Assembly (NCBI GenBank): GCA_030704615.1
Contig: CM060734.1
Coordinates: forward strand, 57,164,001 to 57,228,000
From: Takakia lepidozioides
Lineage: Eukaryota > Plantae > Bryophyta
DNA length: 64,000 nt
Reading direction: 5' to 3'
In this document: positions 1-11,762 of the stretch, in pieces
Layout: each line of letters opens with the position of its first letter
Numbering within the stretch: the stretch's first letter is position 1
Made by a program: the position numbers and the translations under genes
The notes under the pieces: generated by a model
What the model was told of the DNA's origin: nothing
Database searches by the model: none
What the model saw: only the letters and a program-made list of their open reading frames with translations

Positions 1-1153
1 GTACCAGCAAGAAGACAGTTGAAGGAACCATTGCAGGTACATTTGCAGCATCCATAGTACCCTAATCATAATACTATCTTAGTATAAGATTGTACTCATA
101 AGACATTGTTTGCCGTAGCCTTGTGGCCATTGACCCCGCGCCCAGTTTGAACGGAACATATAGGGACAGAAACTACCTTTGTCAGGGGCTGACACCGGTA
201 GTATGATTTACCTTGGAATAAACAGTTGATCCGAGATTTCCAGATATCCTCCAGAAATCCCTTCACACAAGCATCAATCTGATGTGTGTGATTTGCCCAA
301 TAGCTAGACCCCAAAAGGGCCTGGGCTTTTGGCTCAGCCTCAAGATTTTCAAAGTTGTTAAACAGAGGTACAGGCACAATTTCCTTGATGGAACTGAAGA
401 GGGTGTCCCGTTGGTGAGAGTACCCAGGACAATGAATCAGGAAGTGAATATTGTCTTCAGGTTGCCCACACAACGGGCACTTACAATCCCCCTTTCCTCT
501 CTGCGACTGTTTGTTGTTCAAAGGTAGGCTACCCGCCCTGAGTTTGAATTTCAGTCTAGTGCCGAGGGTGGGTAGACCCTTGAGGTCATCCATGATGGCC
601 TCACCCATGTCACAGACTGGAAAGAGGTTCAGGGAAGTTTTCTGCCTAACTTCATTTTCTTCAGACAATTTCCTGGCAATAGACATTGCACTCCTTGAGC
701 ACCCCGACTTGGATGGATTCAAGAGACTTAGCCTGGTTGGAGTTATCTTAGTATAAGAGTAGACCTATGAGTAACATGATAAATCCTTTGTTCTAGCAAT
801 ATTCATAGGTGCTTTTTTCAAACCAATCCTGCTTTAAGGATGGCCAATATAGGCTACCAGGCTGCCAAGCTGATCACTTGGACAAAACACTTCACAGCAC
901 AATGGCTGGGAGCAAGGCATTCTCTTCTCTGTACATAGGTCTGAGTGAACTTGTTGGTATTTTGGCAGGCATCGGGAGTATGATCGTGGTTTGCTTACTG
1001 GTGCTCCGACTGGTGTCAACTTCCCCCTTTCCAGCAAGTCAGATTTGGTCAATAGTGGGTGCTAGTGTAGGAGCAGGTCTAATTGAAGCATATACCTCTC
1101 AATTGGACAATGCCTTTGTGCCCCTCCTATTCTATGCACTTCTCTGTCTCTGA
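1..1153 (+). CDS. DOK1: Dolichol kinase, last two exons (<1-36 and 969-1153); gene begins upstream of the window
   Basis: Exon 1-36 reads TSKKTVEGTIA, GT donor at 37, AG acceptor at 967-968, then GIGSMIVVC...GLIEAYTSQLDNAFVPLLFYALLCL*. This matches the recalled C-terminus of plant dolichol kinase (KKTxEGT..AG; LEAYTxQLDNAFxPL). Confidence 0.85.
90..743 (-). mobile_element. 5'-truncated LINE (3' end) in the dolichol kinase intron
   Basis: ORF 96-722 has KLRAGSLPL..CPLCGQPEDNIHFLIHC (LINE ORF2 C-terminal CCHC zinc motif). Exact 15-bp TSD TATCTTAGTATAAGA at 75-89 and 744-758. Confidence 0.85.
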
Positions 1154-1266
1154 TATGGATACCAGATGAGCAAGCCATAGGTAGACAGAAAAATCCGTTC
1201 TACTACAACAGGCGTCTTAGGGCACTATGTTTTATCACAATGGTGGATCAGCTGTTAGTTCTTACA

Positions 1267-3710
1267 GAAACTATCCAAGATCGCCAGATTACAGACATGA
1301 GGAGCGTGCACAAGAGGTCCTTTGGCTTGAGGGTTGGTTGAATCCTCCTTGAAAGAATAGTGAACTGCCAGGCAAGCACAATTTGGTGAGCGCACCCTCT
1401 TCTTTGAGACAATTAGGCTTGTTTGTCCCCTTATCAGATTCATCCTACTATTTCGTCTCTGAATCCTGTGCTAATGATGTATGAAGGGGTGATACCTAAC
1501 CAGGTCATGTTGATCCGCATTGTCAAGGTGTGTGCCAGCCTGGTAGACATGAAAAAGGGCAAAGACGTCCATGCTGACATCGAGAAAGCTGGGATTGTGC
1601 AGAATAGCATCTGGGAAACTAACTTCTTTTCCATGTATCCGAAAAGCAGTAGCATCAAGGATACAAAGTGACTAATAGACAATATATCTGAATGAAATGT
1701 GGTATCATGGCTCCATATCATTGAGAAGCATGTGTGTGGTGACTACCACATGGGCCGAGCTTTTGTTGTACTGGCCCCCACATCAAACATGGGGTTTGTT
1801 CTTTAGGGAAGTACTTGATGAAATGATGTGTTTCTTCTAAGGTGAGAGTGTCTTGCTTCACTCAGCATTCCTCGGAATGTTGGCTATGAAGCAGTGTTGA
1901 GGACATTTCCTGCACGGCATATCATCCTCCAAGAGTTTATTGTGCATACTAGGAGGTGGAAACTCAGCCTGAAAGTGCGATATCCTGTGGAATCTGGTTA
2001 CATGCATGTTGATGTATCTCACTTGAAAACAAAATGTGCATGTCTGACTTGCTGCTTTAGCTTCTATCTTCTCACATTGGCTAAACATGTGTACTCTCTG
2101 CATGTAGCCATGCTGGCCTAGTGGATGAAGGCGGATTCTACTTCAACTCCCTGAGTCAAGATCATGGCATCACTCCAGCAATGGAGCACTTTGGCTGCAT
2201 GGTGGACCTTCTTGGCTGTGCAGGACGATTAGTTGAGGCAGAGGACTTGATTAGCAGAATGCCAATGAAACCTAGTGCTGTGGTGTGGAGGGCCTTGCTT
2301 GGCGCCTGCAGAATTCATTGTGATGTGGAGATGGCTGAACGTGCAGCAACAGCTTTTCTCAAGTGGGACGGACAGGATGCTGCAACTTATGTGTTGCTAT
2401 CCAATATCTATGCCGCAGTTGGCAGGTGGGACGAGACTGCAAAGGTGAGAAAGATGATGAAGGTCAGAGGGGTTAGAAAGGAGCCAGGCCGCAACTGCAT
2501 TGAGGTTGGCAACAGGGTGCACACCTTTGTTGTAGACGACAAATTGCATCCAGGAATTGAGGAAATCCATGGTGAGCTGGAGATTGTTTGGGCAGATGAA
2601 GGAGGCAGGGTATGTGCCTGACACACGTTTTGTATTGCATGGGATGTGGGAGGAGCAAAAGGAATTTTCTCTGTGCCAGCACAGTGAGAAACTGGCCATT
2701 GGTTTTGGGCTGATCAGCACGGCCGCTGGGACACCTCTCCGCGTTATCAAGAATCTTAGGATTTTTGGTGACTGCCACACCGCCACCAAGCTCATCTCAA
2801 AGATTGTTGGGTGAGCAATTGTTGCACGGGACGCTAACCGCTTTCACCACTTTGAGGATGGGGTTTGTTCTTGTGGGGTTTACTGGTGAAATGATGTTTT
2901 CCTGGAAAGGTGTGAGTGTCTTGCTTCATTGGTTGATCTCTGTAGCTACTTAGTTCATCCACCATTTCCTGAGAATAGTGGCTATGATGTAGTTTTGAGG
3001 TTATTTCCTCTGCCATATGGACCTTCCAAGAGTCGATTGTACGTTGAAAGCCAGAGATAAAGCAGAGGGCCCTCAAATTGACCCACAATGAATGGCACTC
3101 AACTGATAGATTGATCCAATGCCATGACGTCTTCATGAATCTTCGGGTGTGTGGTGACTGCCACAGCCCCACCAAGTTCATCTCAAAGATTGTTTGGGCG
3201 TGCTATTGTTGTATGAGACAAGAACCGCTTTCACCACTTTGAAGATGGAGTTTGTTCTTGTGGGGATTATTGGTGAAATGATATTGTTTCTAGACAGGTG
3301 TGAGTGTCTTGCTTCACTGATCTGCATGATAGCTACTTGGTTCATCCACCATTTCCTCAGAATATTTGCCACATGATATACTGTTGAGGGCATTTCCTCT
3401 GTCATATGAACCTTCCCGGAGCAGATAGTGGGGTCTACTCCGCAGAGGTGGAAAGTCAGCCCACAATTGCACTTGACAGGAGCAGGGTAATGAGTGAAAG
3501 GGGGATTTTGACCTTACTCTGATGAAAGTGGAAGGAAGTCAAGAATCAAGAGCCTTGTTCTAATTCTGGTGTGGATGGTGGACTGGCTGTGAGGCTCAAA
3601 GATGAAAGTGAATATGTGGTGTGTAATGAGCTTGATCAGAGTACAAGCACGAGCACTGGGTCATTCCTTGGATGCTTCAAAACACCATGTAAATATTTAC
3701 TCTTCAACTT
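1267..3710 (+). pseudogene. Degenerate, rearranged PDF-PPR-E-DYW gene copy
   Basis: PDF half-exon relic (PRSPDYRHEERAQEVLWLEGW, ~1270-1350), PPR relic 1470-1720, frameshifted E/DYW 2085-2889 (HSEKLA, IFGDCH, internal stop), duplicated DYW tail 3135-3277, and a 3540-3650 segment similar to 23880-23990. Confidence 0.8.
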
Positions 3711-3728
3711 CGTGAAACACATCTTTAT

Positions 3729-6700
3729 TTATTTATTTTGGTTTAAAGGTCCAAGAGAGACCTTGAAATTTATTCATGAGGAAAAAGTAACCTCACATGA
3801 CATGCCATGGAGGCTGATGAAAGGGACGCCGCCCCGTAACTAGATACTACAGGGAACGACCTACGATCAAAGTCCAGGGACGAACCAAGATCAAATCTAG
3901 AGACAAATCCAGAGAATTCTCTAGAGTAATGCAAGCATGAGAGAGCTCAGGGAACTCTGCGCTTCCGAGAAGAAGGCTCGAAGGAGAGTTGCGCCTTGGA
4001 CTTCCCTTTTCTGAAGCTTCTGCGGTGACGGTAATTTGTATCAGAGTCTTCTTCCTCGACAGGAGATAGTCGGGTGCTCATGGAGCTACCAACCCTGCGG
4101 GAGGGTGTCATTCCACCTGACGTTGGAATCCGAGATTCTCCTGCACAGTCGACCACCTTTTGCCCGGGTGGTATCAAAGCCAGAGAGAAGTTGTTCTCTT
4201 CTAGCCTGAGAGCATCTTGAAAGAGCTGCACACACAACACCCCAAGCTTTTCTTGCCTCATTCATCATGTCTGAGTGAACCCAAAACAGAACAACTTTGG
4301 CACAACTTTTTTTACCTTCATAGTACCAGGTGCATCTATGTCTCCATATATTCCAAAGGGTGTGTGCCCTCAGAACCGCCCATACTGGGCAGGTGCTTAC
4401 GAGCCCTGTATCACTTGCATTTAGCAGTAGAGCAGCCGGCTAGGCGTAGGGAGGCTTGTTCCAGAAAGAATAAAAAGAAAACACTTTTCTCCAGACATGG
4501 ACAGGGACATCGCAAGACAACAAACAGTGCTCGACAGTTTCAGGAGATAGAGATAAGCAAGCAGTACGCGCATTGTTAGTGTCTGAAATGAAAGCCGAGA
4601 CAGGCAAGATCCGGTTGGCGATCTTCCAAAGGAACCCCGCAATTTTCGCTGCTCTAACCTTCCTCCAGACATCAGTCCATATGGACTTCCATGTCAGCAC
4701 GTGGCTGGTTATAGGTAGCCACTTTGCATCCCACTTTGAATTCATCATCATTGGAGGCTTCATGAGCGCATAGTCCATTTTAACCGAGGATCGGAAGAAC
4801 GAGTGTCATGACTCACCAGGGTCAAACTGGAGTTGCTGAATGGGTGCCTGTAGAAACCATCTGTACGAACCAGAGTATTGAGCAACTGGGGGTGTCGGGT
4901 TGATTTCCCCCGAGACCAGATAGAAAACTCTTATAGCACACAAGGAGTTCTCTAGGAAGGAAGCCCGTCCTGGCTCTGACAGGTTACCCGTAGAATCAGA
5001 AGTGAACCTCCTTCCCGAGAGGGAGTCCCCTGACCTACAAGTGGCATAAAAGCCAAAGGTGATTGCCCCAACGAACCTCCAAGCCAGACTGGGAGCGATA
5101 GCCTATTGACTGGATGAGAGCAAAGAGAAACCCATGCATCATGTATGTTACCATAGATAGTGCTCAAGGCAGCCACTCTTCTACTTGAAAGGGCTGGCAT
5201 GAATTCAGCAGGAGAGCAGAAGGAGCCATTTACCCAGAAGTGAGAAAAATGGGAGAAGCCCGCTGATTCCCAGGCTGCCCATGTTTTGGAGTTCTTGATC
5301 AAGAGATCTGAGTCCGCATTGTAGTTCAGAAAAACAGGCTGTCTAAGAGCCTCATCCATCGACAATGGAGTTTTTTGATACAAGAATGGCCGGATTTTGG
5401 TCCAGCCACTCCATATGGAGCGCCAGGCCTGAGACCCGTGCCATCTACCTTTAGAGTTGGGCGTACCTTGAACCAGCCATCTGAGAGAAGAGGGCCATTG
5501 CCCTGCAACAGGAGACGACGACATGACATGCTGTCTGACCAACATACTCAAAGGCGAGTTGACGTGAATTAGCATTGTAGGGACCCACTTGGCTAAAAGT
5601 GAAGTGATCTCGGTTGCTGGGTCTAATATTCCCAGACCCCCGAACTTTTTGGCTGAGTGATTTGAGCTAACCAAGGCTCTGCGGGAGGGGGAGGCCGGGG
5701 TGGTACCCCACAGGAAATTACGAACCAGAGATTTCACTTGCTTAATAATGTCAGAGCCAGGGGACCAAACCGAGGCTATATACCAAAACGAAGCAAGAAG
5801 GACCTGGTTGGCCACAAGAGCCCTACCAGCTAGTGACAAAAAAATCGAGCTCCAGTGGATGAGTTTTTTCTTGAGCTTCGTAATGACAACCTGGCAACGT
5901 TGAGCATCAGTCAGCCCATGCCCAATGAGGTGGCCCAAAAGGGTGTGTGCCTGGCCATCCTCGAGCCAATTTAGACCCATGTTCTGCCCCCACGGAGCAG
6001 AATGAGATAACAAAGAACCCGGGTTAAGCTTGGAAAGGATGGCAACCGAGATTTCCCAATTGATGCTCAGACCAGAGGCATCACAGAAAAGCTGAAGGGT
6101 ATTCAACATAAGGGTGACATTCCTCTCCGTGCTGTTGTCAATAAGGAGCGTAGTGTCGTCTGCGTACATGGAGGATTTGACCGAGAGTGGTTGAGGAAGA
6201 ACTCTCGGAATTTTCAGGCCCTGCAGCTCATTATTTGCAGCTCATTATTGGCATGAAGGAGATGGTTAAGCGCGTCTGCTGCCACCATAAAAAGAAAGGG
6301 TGCTATCAGGCATCCTTGTCTCACTGAACGATGGAGCTGGAATTGGGGAGAGAGGTAACCATTAATAAGAATTCTACTAGATGCAGAATGGAGGAGGACT
6401 GTGATCCAGTTTAGGAAGTTACCCCGTAATCCAACCTTGTGGAGTGTCTCTTGGAGGAAGAGCCAGTCTATATTATCAAAGGCTTTTTGGAAATCGAGCA
6501 TCAGGAGAGCTAGCGGCTGGCTCTCAGATTGAGCCATTAACTCGGGAAGGAAGGGCTGCAGCCGCAGAGTCAACGCTTTGGCTATGATTTTATAAGAAGC
6601 GTTGAGAAGCGTTATAGGCCTGTAGTTCGCAAGCTTTTGCCTGTCCCCTTTTTTGAAGATGAGTGTGATGGCACCTTGCGATAGCTGCGAGGGAAGGATT

Positions 6701-6812
6701 CCTTTGGCCAGGGCGTCCTCAGTCATTGCCAGGAAATCGTCTCCTATATCCCCCCATAGAGCTCTGAATAACTCCACGGGTAGACCATCGGGGCCTGGTG
6801 ATTTGTCAGCCT
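3729..6812 (-). mobile_element. 5'-truncated L1/Tx1-like LINE (ORF2 RT and zf-RVT, frameshifted)
   Basis: KSPGPDG, NYRPITLLNASYKIIAK, LDFQKAFD, VRQGC, YADD, GGLGI motifs; C-terminal C..ETVEHCLLSC; (AAAT)n tail near 3725-3738; 10-bp TSD ACATCTTTAT at 3719-3728 and 6813-6822. Confidence 0.9.
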
Positions 6813-7139
6813 ACATCTTTATCATTGAATTCCTTCTTCAATTCGTCCTAAAACTTGGCCCTCAAACACCCCCCAAAACCACAAGAAAACAAAGGGTGCT
6901 GGATGTCCATGGAGCTGCCTGCCGCCTACAAGGGGAGCTCGGCTCCATTACGCCCATCCCTGTCCCTCCCCTCTAACGACGTAAAAAAATGCAGCAAATA
7001 ATGGCTCACACACATGGGTGATGCTTGAAGCTGCGTGATCGGTTGCCATGTACACACGAGACTGCTGCTGCAATCGTTTGGTGCATCGGGGTTGCACGTT
7101 AAATTCATCTTCTGCCTCCTTCTCACTCACAGGCGAGGA

Positions 7140-10100
7140 ATGGAAGCGTCGTCCGGCGTTCTGCTGACTGCGCATGCCGATTTCATACCCAAGGCCCTTT
7201 CCTCCCGTTTCGGTGATGCGAGAGGCCTCGCGTCATGCAGCAGATCAAGGGGCTGGGCTGTGGAGCTGAAAGCGGCATCCCCCTTGGCAATGAACAGAGG
7301 ACGGACTCCCTTGCATGTGGTTGCTGTGGTGCCTCTTCAACCTTCAGGGACGCCATTCGAATTAGGTGATAACTCGAAACACTTTGCGGTTTCCTTTCTT
7401 GGGCGCACTGTGTTGTATGCACTGTAGGATCCAGGCTTGGAATTGTCTATTGAGTAATTCTGCAGAAACGAATTTAGTATTGGCCAAAGAAGGAACACGG
7501 GATAGTTAGACAGGACGATAATTGGTACATCTGGCACGTAGTTCAAGGCTGGAGCATGGAACAGCGCTGGCAGGAGTTCTTTAAAGATCCTTCGCAATGG
7601 TTGGACTGCAGCATTGACAAGGTGAACCTTCTTCTTGCATGCTGTGAAGAAGTGTGAGGAGTTTAACTGAACTCAATGTTGGGTGGACTGGATTGTAGCC
7701 CTGGTTGTTGAGTGAAGGTAGAATCTCGCTTTGGTCTGCAAAAACTGCTGTTAGTGTACGGATTGTAGGTTGCTCTTCATCACCAGGGCATGAAAGTAGG
7801 ATACGCAAGGTCTTTTCCCTGGATTTTTCCACGTGCTTGGGAGGGTTGAGACTGTTGTGCTTAGCTGCTCCCTGTTGTTAAATCTATGGCTGCTTCAGCT
7901 GCACCCTGGTGGTTCTCGCAGACTAATGCAAGAAGACCCGACTACAGACACAAGCAGCGCACGCAAGAGGTCCTTTGGGTTGATGGTTGGTTGGATCCGC
8001 CTTGGGTGAAAGAAAAGCTAGCTGCTTTCATGACACTGCAAGGTCAAGGACAACGTGGTGAGAACACCTTCTTGAAGAAATTTTGTCTATTTTTTTCATG
8101 TTGAATTCTGCAAGATAGCTCGTCAGGTGGATCTATGCTGGTTTGGACTGATTTTGACATGTTGCAGAAAAGGTGGCCACAGGCAAATGTTTAAAAGCAG
8201 AAAACGGAGATGACGAGAAGCTTTGGAAGGAATATTTTTCGGACCCCAGTCAATTGTGGGACAATCGAGGCAAAAAGGTGAATGCCTGTTAGATTACAGA
8301 GAGAATCAGACAACAAGATGCATCTCAAAAGCTTTCTGACAAATTGTCACCCTCCCTCCTTTCAAATTTTGGAAGTCTTGGGAGCAATTCAGCATAGGAA
8401 CTAGTCTGTGGTAAGTGGGTGGGGTGTTCGCAAGGAAAAATTTAGGCTGTCATTGTCAGCTACTAGCAGCAAGGGGATGAGCTATGCACTATTGGTGCCG
8501 AGGCAGGGATAGCTGAAGGAGCAGGGATGGAGTGTGGGTCCAGATTCATCCAAGAGGGCCGGATTTCAAGCACAAGAGTACCAATGATTCCCTGTGGATT
8601 GAGGGTTACAAGAAACCTGCATGGGTAGATGGTCAATTGGAAGCAGCGGCACAGTTGACAAAATCGAGGCCCTCCACCATGACCACAGCTTCTGAAAGAG
8701 GACCAAGACAGGGAGTCCACAATACCTCTACTGCCAGTTCTGGGCATGTCAGGATGCTCTGTGAGGTGGGGCAGCTGAAAGAGGCTCTCCAGATTTTGAA
8801 CCAAGGAGGCATTTCAGCAGATTCAGATACTTATGTATGTCTCTTGCATAGGTGTATCAAGATGAAAGGCCTGGAAGCTGGAAAGCAAGTGCACACTCAC
8901 ATTATCCAAAGTGGATTCAAGCCAAACACTTTTCTACACAACACCCTTGTGAACATGTATGTTAAATGCGGGAGCATCGTGGATGCACACCGAGTGTTCA
9001 ACAAAATGCCTGAACGAGGTTTGATCACGTGGAATATAATGATTGCAGGATTTACGAAGCATGGGTGTGGTAAGAATGCTTTGGAGACATATGATCAAAT
9101 GATGCGGGCAGGGGTGAAGCCCAACCACATAACGTTTGTTTCTGTCTGCAATGCCTGTGCAAGCCTGGCAGCCCTCAAAAAGGGCAAAGAGGTCCATGGT
9201 GACATTGTCAAAGCTGGAATTGTCCCAGATGTCATTCTGAACAATACCTTGGTGGACATGTATGCCAAATGCAGCAGCTTCGATGATGCAAAGGGAGTGT
9301 TCAACAATATGTCTGAGCGAGATGTGGTGTCCTGGAATGCCATGATCACAGGATATGCCCAGCATGGGTGCGGTATAGAGGCTTTAGAGACCTATGAGCA
9401 AATGATGCGGGAAGGCCCAAAGCCAGACCGGGTCACGTTTGTAAGCATTTGCAATGCGTGTGCAAGCCTGGCAGCCCTGGAAAAGGGCAAAGAGGTCCAT
9501 GGTGACATCATCAGATCTGGAGTAGTACCAGATGTCATTCTGAACAATACCCTGGTGGACATGTACGCGAAAAGCGGGAGCATCGAAGATGCAAAGGTAG
9601 TGTTCCATAATATGGCTGAACGAAATGTGGTGTCGTGGAATGCAATGATTGCAGGACATGCCCATCATGGGAACGGGATGGAGGCTTTAGAGACCTATGA
9701 GCAAATGATGCGGGAAGGGGTGAAGCCCAACCGGGTCACGTTCGTTTGCATTTGCAATGCGTGTGCGAGCCTGGCAGCCCTGGAAAAGGGCAAAGAGATC
9801 CATGGTGACGTCATCAAAGCTGGAATTGTACCAGATGTCATTCTGAACAATGCCCTGATAGACATGTATTTCAAAGGCGGGAGCCTCGACGATGCAAAGG
9901 GAGTGTTCATCAATATGGCTAAACGAGATGTGGTGTCCTGGAACACAATGATTGGAGGATATACCCAGCATGGGTGTGGGACTGAGGCTTTAGAGACCTA
10001 TGAGCAATTGATGCAGGAAGGCGTGAAGCCCAACTCGGTCACGTTCGTTGGCATTTGCAATGCGTGTGCAAGCCTTGCAGCCCTTGAAAAGGGCAAAGAG

Positions 10101-11762
10101 GTCCATTCTGACATCATGAAAGCTAGAATTGTACCGGATGTCATTCTCAACACTGCCCTGGTGGACATGTATGCCAAATGTGGCAGCATTGAAGATGCAA
10201 AGGGAGTGTTCGACAAAATGGCTGAACGAGATGCGGTGTCGTGGAATGTGATGATCGCAGGATATGCACAGCAGGGGTGTGGGATGGAGGCTTTGGAGAC
10301 CTATGAGCAAATGATGAAGGCAGGCGTGAAGCCCAACCGGGTCACGTTCGTTTGTGTTTGCAATGCGTGTGCGAGCCTGGGAGCCCTGGAAAAGGGAAAA
10401 GAGCTCCATGTTGACATCATCAAAGCTGGAATTGTCCCAGATGTTGTTTTGAACAATACCCTTGTGGACATGTATGCCAAAGGCGGGAGCATTGAAGATG
10501 CAAAGGGAGTGTTCAACAATATGGCTGAACGAGATGTGGTGTCCTGGACCACGATGATTGCCGGATATGCCCAGAATGGGTGCGGGGTTAAGGCTTTGGA
10601 GACCTATGAGCTAATGATGGGGGAAGGGGTGCCACCCAACCTGGTCACATTCGTTTGTGTTTGCAATGCGTGTGCAAGCCTTGCAGCCCTTGAAAAGGGC
10701 AAAGAGGTCCATGGTGACATCATCAAAGCTGGGATTGTACCAGATGTCATTTTGAACAATACCCTGGTGGACATGTATGCCAAAGGTGGGAGCATCAAGG
10801 AGTCCAAGGCAGTGTTCGACAATATGACACAACGAGATGTGGTGTCGTGGAATGCAATGATCGCAGGATATGCCCAGCATGGTTGTGATATGGAGGCCCT
10901 GCAACTCTCTCAAGAAATGCAAGGGGAAGGCCTGAAGCTAGACAGTATCACCTTCATATGTGTCCTCTCTGCATGTAGCCATGCTGGCCTAGTGGATGAA
11001 GGCAGATACTACTTCAACTCCCTGAGTCAAGATCATGGCATCACTCCAGCAATGGAGCACTTTGGCTGCATGGTGGACCTTCTTGGCCGTGCAGGACGAT
11101 TAATTGAGGCAGAGGACTTGATTGACAGAATGCCAATGAAACCTAATGCTGTGGTGTGGAGGGCCTTGCTTGGTGCCTGCAGAATTCATTGCAATGTGGA
11201 GATGGCTGAACGTGCAGCAACAGCTATTCTCAAGTGTGACGAACAGGATGCCGCAACTTATGTGTTGCTATCCAATATCTATGCCGCAGCTGGCAGGTGG
11301 GACGAGACTGCAAAGGTGAGAAAAATGATGAAGTTCAGAGGGGTTAGAAAGGAGCCGGGCCGCAGCTGCATTGAGGTTGGCGACAGGGTGCACACCTTTG
11401 TTGTAGACGACAAATTGCATCCAGGAATTGAGGAAATCCATGCTGAGCTGAGAAGATTGTCTGAGCAGATGAAGGAGGCAGGGTATGTGCCTGACACGCG
11501 CTTTGTATTGCATGATATGTGGGAGGAGCAAAAGGAATTTTCTCTGTGCCACCACAGTGAGAAGCTGGCCATTGGTTTTGGGCTGATCAGCACGGCCCCT
11601 GGGACGCCTCTCCGTGTCATCAAGAATCTTCGGGTATGTGGTGACTGCCACACCGCCACCAAGTTCATTTCAAAGATTGTTGGGCGAGCAATTGTTGTAC
11701 GGGATGCTAACCGATTTCACCACTTTGAAGATGGGGTTTGTTCTTGTGGGGATTACTGGTGA
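7140..11762 (+). CDS. PLS-class DYW-type PPR protein (putative organellar C-to-U editing factor) with two N-terminal OSB-type PDF motifs; predicted exons 7140-7365, 7542-7621, 7922-8057, 8168(or 8183)-8277, 8544-11762
   Basis: Last exon: PDFKHK motif half, 6 near-identical 101-aa P-L-S triplets, P2-L2-S2, E1/E2, PG box KEPGRSCIEV, HSEKLA, CGDCH, terminal SCGDYW*. Upstream GT-AG exons splice in frame: WQEFFKDPSQWLDCSIDK|TNARRPDYRHK..LWVDGWLDPPWV and LWKEYFSDPSQLWDNRGKK|IHPRGPDFKHKSTNDSLWIEGYKKPAWV. Exon 1 is S/R/A-rich and transit-peptide-like; its splice junction is the least certain part. Confidence 0.9.
9020..10850 (+). repeat. 303-bp coding tandem repeat (6 PLS triplets)
   Basis: TGCAATGC(C/G)TGTGC (CNAC) recurs every 303 bp from ~9147 to ~10662. 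Confidence 0.9.

Noticed and set aside
8532-8543. ORF-track starts MWVQ/MVQ as real start codons (also 24963)
   Set aside because: They are GTG codons in intron sequence just before the CAG acceptors at 8543 and 24971.
11200-11762. U-to-C (KP-type) DYW variant
   Set aside because: PG box, HSEKLA and terminal DYW are canonical for the C-to-U type.
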